Shown: piece after piece, positions 1 to 7,782 of the stretch
Position numbering within the stretch: position 1 is the first letter of the stretch
Layout of the letters: every line of letters starts with the position of its first letter
NCBI GenBank assembly: GCA_016865855.1
Contig: VGNX01000001.1
Location: forward strand, 1,060-65,059
Direction of reading: 5' to 3'
Origin: Chloroflexota bacterium
GTDB taxonomy: Bacteria; Chloroflexota; Dehalococcoidia; GIF9; UBA5629
Length of the DNA stretch: 64,000 nt
Position numbers and translations under genes: made by a program
The notes under the pieces: model-generated
What the model saw: the letters and a program-made list of their open reading frames with translations, nothing else
The model's database searches: none
What the model was told of the DNA's origin: nothing

Positions 1-969
1 TTCAACGGGGCCGACATAGGGATTCTTCAGGCAACGCAGCGCCATACCCTCGAAAGGATGTTTCTCATCGACTTCGTCCCAGTACACTCGGGCCAGTTCC
101 GACATCACTATGCTTGTATTATGCTTGCGCAAGATTTCATTAATATTGGTGCGTTGTGCTGGAAACCAGGCTAGCCACAGCACGCGGAATTCCTCTGGTG
201 CCACCTTGCCCTCCACCATTCTCTGCTCGCATTCTTCGAGTATCTTCTGGTAAAGCTGCTCTTGAAACGGCGTTCCCGAGAACATGTTTCCGATGATGGA
301 GAGATTGCATAGCCGGGAACCATCCCAGGGAAATGGTTTTGTTTTCCATAGCTCGGCAAGCCGGCCATAGGCAGCGCGGGCGCGGTTTGATGCTCTGATG
401 CACTCCTGCAGCCGGTCGAGGTCCAGTTTGTGACCACTTATCTCTTCAAGCTTGCCAGCAATACCCTGAAGTTGCTTTGAGACATAAGCCACCGACTCCT
501 TGCTGAGCTCATTGGGGACATCGAGCATCATGGCCTCTTTACCGTAATACTGGGCGAGTATCTGGTTAGTCTTGGTCTTACCGTCGCAAAAGTAGGATGA
601 AGTCAGCAGCAGGTCTGCCTTGGGAAAATAGCCCAGGAAATAGCTGCCGAGGGCAAGGCGGTGAAAGGAGCAGAGGTCGAGAGAGTAGCCTTTGGCCTCG
701 GCCTTGGTCATGATGTCAACACAGCCCTTGGGGTCAGCACCCGGAAGCAGATTACAGGCGATCTCAAAGTCAAAGGGAACGACATCGAAGGCAGCCAGAA
801 GCTCCATCGGGAAAGCATAGTAGGTAGTCCATACCACCTTGGCATCATCCTCGAAGGCCTTAAGCAAGGTTGATGTAAGTTGAATTGTATACATCAACCA
901 GGCACGGGGTCTCCTTTGGAACTCCTTCTCTGCTGCTTCCTTCATTTGTTCATAAAAATTCTTGAGCAT
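1..969 (-). CDS. 2-hydroxyacyl-CoA dehydratase / benzoyl-CoA reductase family subunit (HGD-D superfamily), 3' end cut by window edge
   Basis: I translated the minus strand from ATG 969-967. It stays open for 323 codons to position 1 (MLKNFYEQMKEAAEKEFQRRPRAWLMY...DLCSFHRLALGSYF...SSYFCDGKTK...WLAWFPAQ...). It is absent from the ORF track only because it has no stop in the window. Its start lies 4 nt after the stop of paralogous subunit 973..2040. Track ORFs 140..403 and 171..437 are off-frame shadows of it. Confidence 0.75.
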   Translation of the reverse strand, partial: MLKNFYEQMKEAAEKEFQRRPRAWLMYTIQLTSTLLKAFEDDAKVVWTTYYAFPMELLAAFDVVPFDFEIACNLLPGADPKGCVDIMTKAEAKGYSLDLCSFHRLALGSYFLGYFPKADLLLTSSYFCDGKTKTNQILAQYYGKEAMMLDVPNELSKESVAYVSKQLQGIAGKLEEISGHKLDLDRLQECIRASNRARAAYGRLAELWKTKPFPWDGSRLCNLSIIGNMFSGTPFQEQLYQKILEECEQRMVEGKVAPEEFRVLWLAWFPAQRTNINEILRKHNTSIVMSELARVYWDEVDEKHPFEGMALRCLKNPYVGPVE

Positions 970-972
970 GAC

Positions 973-2040
973 TCACCTCCTTCTTGTTTCCAACATTTCT
1001 ACAAAGGCCTCTACCCTGGTTTTTAGCTGGCCGATGTTTCCCCACGTGTAATCATTTTCCAAAAATAGAACTGGCACTCCCTCATCCTTAAGTTTTTCCA
1101 CTAGGTAGGGAGCATCAAACAGGTGCTGGTCGCAAAACTTGACCGAGGTGTAGACTACGCCATCAACAGCATAGGCTTTCACCAGTTCTTCCATCTCGTT
1201 AAGGCGCTCCTCAAGTCCAGTCATGCGGGCACAGGAGAGTTCGCCTAGATATCTGTGAGCGAGAGCCAGATAGGGGTCACCGCTATTTTCATCCACCAAG
1301 TGGTCAAAGTGGCGCCGAGCAGTACACAGGTCAGCAGCCACCACATCAGCTCCTGCAGCTTCGATAAGGCGGAAGAGTTCAGGACGGTCTATCACATTAC
1401 CGCTTATCAGTACGCGGGCTTTGCCCTTGTCTCCTCGTTGGGGCACCCGGCTTTCAGCCTTTTTGCAGTACTCTTCCAGTCTCAGGATGAAGGCTTCTTT
1501 GGTCATACCTAATCCATCCAAACCAAGCTGGAACACTTCGCTCCCCGGTAATGGCAGCGGGACATTACGCTGAATCTGGTAGATGCGCTGCATCAACCTC
1601 CTGGCTTTGTTGGTCATCCTGATTGCCTGGTTGAGCGACGCCGGCGTTATATCTACTCTGAATTCCTGCTCCAGGGCATGGGCGAACTTGCGTAACTGGC
1701 CAGCAAAATATTCCACAGCTGCCTCGTCCTTGTTCTTGGGTACCTCCAGCATGTAGACAAAACGCGTGCCCACATATGATTTCCATACATCATACATGCG
1801 GCGCATGCCATCACATGACCTGACGAAGACCAGTCCATCTAGGTGCTTGGCTTTGCCGTTGAGGCCAAGTGCTAAAATGCTTTTAACGTAAGGACATGAG
1901 TTAGCATAGATATAAGCATCGGCCGTGCTCAGTTCCTTCGGGTCTCCGCTGAGCCGCAGCGGAAGCAGTCCAGCGGCCATGACTATCTCCTCTGGGGCAA
2001 AGGCACAAAGCCAGCCGATCTGCGGTTTAGCGTTCTTCAT
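973..2040 (-). CDS. 2-hydroxyacyl-CoA dehydratase / benzoyl-CoA reductase family subunit (BcrC/BadD/HgdB-like)
   Basis: 355-aa ORF with the Cys pattern typical of HGD-D subunits (ANSCPYVKS, LCTARRHF, SVKFCDQHLF). It abuts the second subunit gene. Confidence 0.8.
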   Translation of the reverse strand: MKNAKPQIGWLCAFAPEEIVMAAGLLPLRLSGDPKELSTADAYIYANSCPYVKSILALGLNGKAKHLDGLVFVRSCDGMRRMYDVWKSYVGTRFVYMLEVPKNKDEAAVEYFAGQLRKFAHALEQEFRVDITPASLNQAIRMTNKARRLMQRIYQIQRNVPLPLPGSEVFQLGLDGLGMTKEAFILRLEEYCKKAESRVPQRGDKGKARVLISGNVIDRPELFRLIEAAGADVVAADLCTARRHFDHLVDENSGDPYLALAHRYLGELSCARMTGLEERLNEMEELVKAYAVDGVVYTSVKFCDQHLFDAPYLVEKLKDEGVPVLFLENDYTWGNIGQLKTRVEAFVEMLETRRR

Positions 2041-2075
2041 TCTTCACCTCCTTTTTTCACACCTTTACTCTTCTG

Positions 2076-2201
2076 TCACCACTTAATCTTAAAAACAATT
2101 TCACAAGTCCCATTGCAGTTATTGGTGTTTTTCTCATTAATAACCTCCCCGTCAAGGGCCATAGCTTTACGCCAGGAATTGAATCTCAGCTCGGCCGAAC
2201 T
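2076..2201 (-). pseudogene. 3' fragment (about 40 codons) of a paralog of gene 4707..5210
   Basis: The minus-strand translation reads ...ELRFNSWRKAMALDGEVINEKNTNNCNGTCEIVFKIKW-stop, against ...RLRFDSWRKAMALDGEVINEKNTNNCNGTCEIIFKIKW-stop in the intact gene. 2098..2190 matches 4729..4821 with 2 mismatches in 93 nt. An in-frame stop lies at 2202-2204 and there is no usable start codon. Confidence 0.65.
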
Positions 2202-2206
2202 TTAGC

Positions 2207-3325
2207 TTATAGTCCCAGTTCCTGAGCTACCGCCTCTCGATGGAAGTCAGCATCACCTAGGATGAGTTCAGCTGCTTTGGCTCGCTTCGAATATAGCGGC
2301 ATATCGTGATCCACCATCAAACTCACCCCACCCATACTTTGATGACCTAATTTAGTAACCCGCTTGTAGGCATCGCTTACCCAGGCTTTTGCCATGGATG
2401 CCTCCTTAGCATAAGGTAGGTTCTCACTGATTTTCCATGCTGCTTTGTAGCTAATGAACCTCGATGTATCAATGTCGGTTAGCATGTTGGCGCAGTGATG
2501 CTGAACTGCCTGGAACGCTCCTACGGGTACTCCGAACTGTTTGCGGTCTTTGACGTAATCTACAGTCATTTCAAGGACTTGCTGAGCACCACCGACCATC
2601 TCAACGCATTTAGCTACTGCTGCTTTTCGTAGTACCTCTCGCAGTTGAATGTTCCCCTGCCCTTCTTTTCCAAGAAGGTTTTTACTCGGTACTTTGACTT
2701 TGTCAAATACCACCTCAAATTGTTTGTCACCATCAATGGTCTTGAGTAAGGTATAGCTGATACCTGGGCTCTTACTATCTACTAAGAATAAGGTGACTCC
2801 ATTTGCAGTCTTGGCGACATAGATAATGTGGTCAGCAATATGGGCATAAGGAACAAAAAGCTTGGTGCCACTGATGACGTAGCCGTTTTTTGCATCGGCG
2901 ACGGCCTTTACAGTTACTTTATCAACATTATAGCCTCCACCGGGCTCAGTTAGAGCAAGAGTAACAATCAATTTTCCTTCAGCAATCTTGGGCAGGAGTT
3001 CCTGCTTCTGAGTCTCAGTCCCTGCTTCGAGGATAATCATACCGGCTAGAACCACGGTGGCAAAGAAAGGACCAGGTAAGCAAGCACGCCCCATTTCCTC
3101 TAAGAGAACGGCAAGGTCGAGGAAACTTCCTCCGGTGCCACCGTATTTTTCTGGAAATGCAAGTTCCATCCAACCCAACTCTGCCATCTTATGCCACAGT
3201 TCCGGAGGATAACCTCTGTCATCACTTACCATTTGCCTTACCAAGCTTTTGGGGCATTCAGTGGTAAGGAAATCGCGCGCCATTTTTTTAAGCATTCCTT
3301 GTTGCTCGCTGAGACCATAGTCCAT
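2207..3325 (-). CDS. acyl-CoA dehydrogenase
   Basis: ACAD layout (FPEKYGGTGGS, ISGTKLFVPYAH, C-terminal helical domain). I prefer ATG 3325 (MDYGLSEQQ), which has GGAGGA 9 nt upstream, over the track start at 3370. Confidence 0.85.
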   Translation of the reverse strand: MDYGLSEQQGMLKKMARDFLTTECPKSLVRQMVSDDRGYPPELWHKMAELGWMELAFPEKYGGTGGSFLDLAVLLEEMGRACLPGPFFATVVLAGMIILEAGTETQKQELLPKIAEGKLIVTLALTEPGGGYNVDKVTVKAVADAKNGYVISGTKLFVPYAHIADHIIYVAKTANGVTLFLVDSKSPGISYTLLKTIDGDKQFEVVFDKVKVPSKNLLGKEGQGNIQLREVLRKAAVAKCVEMVGGAQQVLEMTVDYVKDRKQFGVPVGAFQAVQHHCANMLTDIDTSRFISYKAAWKISENLPYAKEASMAKAWVSDAYKRVTKLGHQSMGGVSLMVDHDMPLYSKRAKAAELILGDADFHREAVAQELGL

Positions 3326-3378
3326 AGTGATTATTCCTCCTATATAAATTGCAGTTTGGCAAGAGTTCAAAACTCAAG

Positions 3379-4599
3379 CTAGCCTAGCATAGGTAACGCT
3401 AACCCTCTAAGGGCAATAATATTCCTCATAATTTCTGAAGTGCCAGCATAGACAGTTTCAATAAATCCCCAACGATAGTGAAGTTCTGCCTCACCATTAA
3501 GCGGCGCCCATTTAGAGCCCGTTTGCAGTTGTCCACGGGGGCCTATTATTTGGGTGGCGACATCGGCCAGGCGATGGGCGGTTTCGGTGGCGAACATCTT
3601 TTGCATAGAAGATTGATAATTAGGCACTTCGCTCTTGTCTAACATATAGGCTAGCTGGTAGTAGAGCAGGCTTGCAGCCTCTAGCTCGATTGCCATCTCG
3701 GCCAGTTTTTGCCGGATGATTGGATCATCACTTAAAGGCTTGCCGTCGCGTTTTGTTTCCTTGACATACTCCACGACTTCATCAAATATGCGCTGAAAAC
3801 CACCGACTGGGAACATCCTTTCAAAATCTAGAGCGGTCATTATGTAATAGAATCCGCGGTTTTTTTCCCCCACCAGGTTCTTTTTGGGAACTTTCACATT
3901 GTCGTAGAAGACCTCATTTGTTTTCCATCCAGCCATAGTCGTCATATTGCGGATGGTAATACCTGGACTCTTCAGGTCTACAATCATCAACGAAATCCCA
4001 CGATGGCGTTTAGGATTGTTAGGGTCGGTTCTTGCTCCCAGCCAGTGGTATTCGACAAAATGGGCATGGGTATTGAACATCTTCTGCCCATTCAGCAAAA
4101 AGTAGTCCCCCTTATCCTCGGCCTGTACCTCTCCTTTTTCCATCATAGGTGCCTCTGATTTATCCTCGGCCCGCAGCTCAAGCGCTGCTAGGTCAGACCC
4201 CGCCTGAGGCTCGGTATAGCCCAGGGCCATGTCTATCTCACCTCTGGCGAGACGCGGTAAAAACTCCTTTTTCAGCTCATCGCTACCGAATCTTAAGATG
4301 GTAGGGCCTGCCATGGTGGCACCGACGAGCGATACAGGCGCACCTGCATATGTCATCTCATCACGAATGATAAATCCCACCATCTCTGAGCTATTTATGC
4401 CCCCGTATTCCTTTGGCCAGGTAGGGCAAAGCCACCCCCGTGCTCCCAGCTTCTGAATGAGCCTGCGGCCGAATATTGGGCCAGCCCCACCGCTGTACTC
4501 CGCCACTTCGGCGATGAGTCCCGGCGTAACTTCCTTCTTGAGAAAATCACGAACCTCTTGTCTGAGTTTTTCCTCCTCCGGGGTAAATCCAAAATCCAT
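3379..4599 (-). CDS. acyl-CoA dehydrogenase (divergent paralog)
   Basis: 406-aa ORF with WPKEYGGINSS, LNGQKMFNTHAH and YAGTSEIMRNIIA. It carries a short acidic insertion, AEDKSEAPMMEKGEVQAEDKG. Confidence 0.85.
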   Translation of the reverse strand: MDFGFTPEEEKLRQEVRDFLKKEVTPGLIAEVAEYSGGAGPIFGRRLIQKLGARGWLCPTWPKEYGGINSSEMVGFIIRDEMTYAGAPVSLVGATMAGPTILRFGSDELKKEFLPRLARGEIDMALGYTEPQAGSDLAALELRAEDKSEAPMMEKGEVQAEDKGDYFLLNGQKMFNTHAHFVEYHWLGARTDPNNPKRHRGISLMIVDLKSPGITIRNMTTMAGWKTNEVFYDNVKVPKKNLVGEKNRGFYYIMTALDFERMFPVGGFQRIFDEVVEYVKETKRDGKPLSDDPIIRQKLAEMAIELEAASLLYYQLAYMLDKSEVPNYQSSMQKMFATETAHRLADVATQIIGPRGQLQTGSKWAPLNGEAELHYRWGFIETVYAGTSEIMRNIIALRGLALPMLG

Positions 4600-4706
4600 A
4601 TTATGCCTCCTTATTGTTATACCGGGATGTCATTATAACGCTGATCACACATTCCAGCTCATGCTAAGCCCATACCTGAACATTATGGACGCCTTTATTA
4701 TATCTA

Positions 4707-5210
4707 TTACCATTTGATTTTGAAAATGATTTCACAAGTCCCATTGCAGTTATTGGTGTTTTTCTCATTAATAACCTCCCCGTCAAGGGCCATAGCTTTG
4801 CGCCAGGAATCGAATCTCAGCCTGGCTGCACATTGATGAATGTCTGTGGTTCCCGCTTTACTCACCATCTTATGGACATAGCAGTCCAAGACATACCCCA
4901 CGAATGTGTTATCGTCCATGACCTTAAGTTCATACTTGTGTTCTTCGGGAAAATAGAGGGGAGAGGCGATTTCCATCAATGCTTTCAAATCCTCAATATT
5001 CTTGATCTCTCCGTATCCGGTCTCGGCGAGCAATTGTTTTATTTCTGTTTTTCCGATAAATTCGACCACCTCGAGATTTAGTTTAGTGGCGGTATCGAAA
5101 CCAAATTCTTCTACTGATTTTAAGAACCACCTTCCATCGTGTGAGAGCCATATGTTGCGAAGGAGCCTTTCCCTTTGCTCAGGTGTAAGCTTAACTTCTT
5201 TCGGACTCAT
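4707..5210 (-). CDS. hypothetical protein (no family confidently recognised)
   Basis: 167-aa ORF co-oriented with the ACADs (IWLSHDGRWF, C-terminal NCNGTCEIIFKIKW). A fragment copy exists at 2076..2201, so the sequence is conserved and coding. Confidence 0.6.
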   Translation of the reverse strand: MSPKEVKLTPEQRERLLRNIWLSHDGRWFLKSVEEFGFDTATKLNLEVVEFIGKTEIKQLLAETGYGEIKNIEDLKALMEIASPLYFPEEHKYELKVMDDNTFVGYVLDCYVHKMVSKAGTTDIHQCAARLRFDSWRKAMALDGEVINEKNTNNCNGTCEIIFKIKW

Positions 5211-5254
5211 ATCTCAGTAACCACCTTACATATAGTCAGTTGAGGATTTACAAT

Positions 5255-5686
5255 TTACTCTTTCTTGCGCTCTTCTACTCGCAGTTCCATAGCAATATGC
5301 CCCCAGCCCCCACATCGCACCCCCACATCGGAGCAGCCTACCCTCTTAAACCGCATCTCATTGGGGTCAACGCCGGCATATATTAGCTCATTTGCTGTGT
5401 AGATTAATGTTGCCACTGGAATCAAGGCAAAAATGCAGACCTTATTCGGGCAAAGTTTGGTAATAAGGTTGCCATGCCCACCGATGTAGAACCGGTCACC
5501 CACCTTATGCTGGCTGTTACAGCCGTGAGCTTCCACCACTTCCGCAATGAATGTTTTGCTCAATAGCGCAGCGGTCTTGGAAAGAACATCTGCATTTCTG
5601 GGATCCTCTCTAAATTTCCTCATTTCTTCATCAGTGTAACCTAGGTACTCTTGGCAAGATCTCCAGACATCTTCGCTGACTTTCAT
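5255..5686 (-). CDS. uncharacterised Cys/His-rich protein, paralog 1 (faint TIGR04076-like pattern)
   Basis: 143-aa ORF (HGCNSQHKVGDRFY, LCPNKVC, VGCSDVGVRCGGWGH). A GGGAGGAAA Shine-Dalgarno (SD) sequence precedes the ATG. It is paralogous to 6277..6705. Confidence 0.7.
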   Translation of the reverse strand: MKVSEDVWRSCQEYLGYTDEEMRKFREDPRNADVLSKTAALLSKTFIAEVVEAHGCNSQHKVGDRFYIGGHGNLITKLCPNKVCIFALIPVATLIYTANELIYAGVDPNEMRFKRVGCSDVGVRCGGWGHIAMELRVEERKKE

Positions 5687-5703
5687 TTCTGTTTCCTCCC
5701 TTC

Positions 5704-5774
5704 ATAACATTTTGTTATTACCAGCATAACAAAGCGTGGCTGACTTGTCAATGCGAAATATAACAATTTGTTAT
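5704..5774. promoter_or_regulatory. two perfect ATAACA-N3-TGTTAT palindromes plus one half-site; candidate operators in the divergent intergenic region
   Basis: ATAACATTTTGTTAT lies at 5704..5718, ATAACAATTTGTTAT at 5760..5774, and a half-site ATAACA at 5726..5731. All sit between divergent genes 5255..5686 (-) and XRE 5826..6086 (+). Confidence 0.45.
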
Positions 5775-5825
5775 TTTTCTTATTAATTTTTAGCCAGATA
5801 TTACGAATTGTGATAGAATTCAAAT

Positions 5826-6086
5826 ATGGTCTACCGTAGCATCGGTATGAGAATTCAGCAGGCCAGACAGGAGCTTGGCCTCACCCAGGAAGAACTGGCA
5901 GCCAAGTTAGGCTGTACACAGGCAGCCTTATCCAACTACGAGCTTGGCAAGAGACGACTTTATCTCGCCAGCCTGGAGCAAATCGCAAACATACTGGGCA
6001 AGCCGCTCAGCTATTTCCTGGAATCACTTGCTAGCCCTGATGAAGACGATAGCCAAAACTGGTATTCCCGGTATCCTTATCGCTAA
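5826..6086 (+). CDS. XRE-family helix-turn-helix transcriptional regulator
   Basis: IGMRIQQARQELGLTQEELAAKLGCTQAALSNYELGKRRLYLASLEQIANILGKPLSYF is a classic HTH_3 domain. A TAGAAT box lies 8 nt before the ATG, which suggests a leaderless or near-leaderless transcript. Confidence 0.85.
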   Translation: MVYRSIGMRIQQARQELGLTQEELAAKLGCTQAALSNYELGKRRLYLASLEQIANILGKPLSYFLESLASPDEDDSQNWYSRYPYR

Positions 6087-6159
6087 AGAGTGCGGTGGTG
6101 CAGTCAGTATGCTCACTGCAGTCATCATGATGATAGAGCTAGCTATGGCCTGTGCCAAC
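6037..6159 (+). pseudogene. possible acyl-CoA dehydrogenase N-terminal fragment
   Basis: Frame of track ORF 5944..6219: LMKTIAKTGIPGILIAKECGGAVSMLTAVIMMIELAMACAN mimics the ACAD motif (L..GI.IP.EYGG.G......A...EEL.R.CAS). The similarity stops after about 40 aa. Confidence 0.3.
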
Positions 6160-6276
6160 CATGACCAGCGAGATTCAACGCCGCACCATTGCCGCTTAGC
6201 TTTAAGGCAAGCACACTAGCTCAGACCAGCCAATGCCAGGACGAGTGTCACTCATGCTTTATCTCCCCACGATTCA

Positions 6277-6705
6277 CTATTTCTTGCGCTCTTCTACTCG
6301 TAATTCCATAGCAATATGCCCCCAGCCCCCACATCGCACCCCCACATCGGAACAACCTACCCTCTTAAACCGCATCTCATTGGGGTCAACGCCGGCATAG
6401 AAGAGCTCACTCGATGCCTGAATTAACGCTCCCACTGGGCTCAGAGCGGCGATGCAGATTCTCTTGGGACAAAGCTTGGTTAAAAGGTTGCCCGACCCAT
6501 CGAAATAGAACTTATCGCCCACCTTATGCTGACTGTTGCATCCGTGTGATTCTACCACCTCCACAACCATTGTTCTATTCATTAATGCCGGTGCCTTGGA
6601 AATAACATCTTCATTCCTCGGATTTGCTCTGAATTTCTTCATTTCTGCATCGGTGTACCCTAAATGCTTTTGGTAGAAGTCCCACGTTTCTTGATTAACC
6701 TTCAT
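6277..6705 (-). CDS. uncharacterised Cys/His-rich protein, paralog 2
   Basis: 142-aa ORF collinear with 5255..5686. Its 3'-terminal 120 nt (6280..6399) differ from 5261..5380 at only 4 positions. Confidence 0.7.
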   Translation of the reverse strand: MKVNQETWDFYQKHLGYTDAEMKKFRANPRNEDVISKAPALMNRTMVVEVVESHGCNSQHKVGDKFYFDGSGNLLTKLCPKRICIAALSPVGALIQASSELFYAGVDPNEMRFKRVGCSDVGVRCGGWGHIAMELRVEERKK

Positions 6706-6764
6706 TTCTTACCTCCTTAATTAATTACTATTACCGGCAATATACCAGCTTTTGATTTATGACA

Positions 6765-7664
6765 TTAGTCAGGGCTTGTCTCTGGCGACCTGAACAAAAC
6801 GGAGATTATGATTAACACTATCCCAGCACTAAGAAAACCAATTCCGTACATTCTCATGGGAGGCGTAAGGTCAGCAGCCAGCTGAGGTAACTTTGCCTGA
6901 AGTCCAAACAGCATGCTTGATTCACCAGCAAGACGGCTAAGAGCTTGACTAATCAATAAATCAAGCAGCGAACCTAAAATACAGGTCACGCCGGCTATAA
7001 TGAACACTATGCCGATAGCCCGCGTAATGGGCTTCGGTTGCCACCAGTGCACCAGCGCTATCAGCAATACCAAAAGAACTGCTAAGGCAATCAGAGCCTT
7101 ATACGTCGTGTCTACATAACCGATAGCTTGTTTGACCTGCTCAAGTTGAGCTATCATCTGCGAACCTACAACCGCCTCATTAAGCTCAAAGCTTGCCGGT
7201 ATCGCCTTATCGATTTCAACATACACCTGTGACATATAGGCATCTATCTGGCTTTGGGGAGCACCCTGCAATTCTGGAGGCAGCGACTCAAGTATAGCCT
7301 GCCTTACGTTTTGCTTGACGACAGACCTCACCGGCTCCAGCAGAACAGTCACATTCAGCTCTTGTTCACCTTTGAGGTAGGCATAAACAGCACGAATAAC
7401 AGTGCTAGCTTGCTCTCTGAGCCACGGCTTAAGCTCAGCCAACATGCTATCTACAACTTCAGGCTTGATAAACTCCTGAGCTGGCAGCTGCACTTTCGCC
7501 TGCTCAACTACCACCGAATAGACATCCAATTTATCCAGCTCGGAGACAACAAAGTCAGGATTAAGTATGGTCAGGTTTATGGTAATAGTGATACCCAAGA
7601 GAAAAAGTGCAGTGACCAGCAAAGAAGCAAAAATGCCTGAGAAAAAGCCCCTGACAACGCTCAT
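6765..7664 (-). CDS. integral membrane protein, unknown function
   Basis: 299-aa ORF with an N-terminal TM helix (FFSGIFASLLVTALFLLGITITI), a soluble middle region and about 3 C-terminal TM helices. Confidence 0.65.
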   Translation of the reverse strand: MSVVRGFFSGIFASLLVTALFLLGITITINLTILNPDFVVSELDKLDVYSVVVEQAKVQLPAQEFIKPEVVDSMLAELKPWLREQASTVIRAVYAYLKGEQELNVTVLLEPVRSVVKQNVRQAILESLPPELQGAPQSQIDAYMSQVYVEIDKAIPASFELNEAVVGSQMIAQLEQVKQAIGYVDTTYKALIALAVLLVLLIALVHWWQPKPITRAIGIVFIIAGVTCILGSLLDLLISQALSRLAGESSMLFGLQAKLPQLAADLTPPMRMYGIGFLSAGIVLIIISVLFRSPETSPD

Positions 7665-7732
7665 GTTGAACTATCGGCTAATTATCAACCATAGGCACTT
7701 TTGGAGTCAACTTAGCCAGAGGACTCACCAGA

Positions 7733-7761
7733 GAGATTCTTCGCTTCGCTCAGAATGACAG
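7733..7761. repeat. solitary unit of the GAGATTCTTCG...CAGAATGAC hairpin-repeat family
   Basis: gagattcttcgcttcgctcagaatgacag matches units at 16284..16322, 33888..33990, 50806..50862, 51065..51092 and 61050..61195. Confidence 0.7.
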
Positions 7762-7782
7762 GCTAGTAGCGTTAAATAAATG

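Noticed and set aside
140-437. Track ORFs 140..403 and 171..437 (minus strand)
   Set aside because: Both are off-frame shadows inside the real, edge-truncated dehydratase-subunit gene 1..969, which reads cleanly in the third minus frame with recognisable family features.
5944-6219. 91-aa plus-strand ORF overlapping the XRE gene
   Set aside because: It overlaps the well-supported XRE frame and has no SD. Only its middle ~40 aa look protein-like (ACAD-like), so I treat it as a possible gene fragment rather than a gene.
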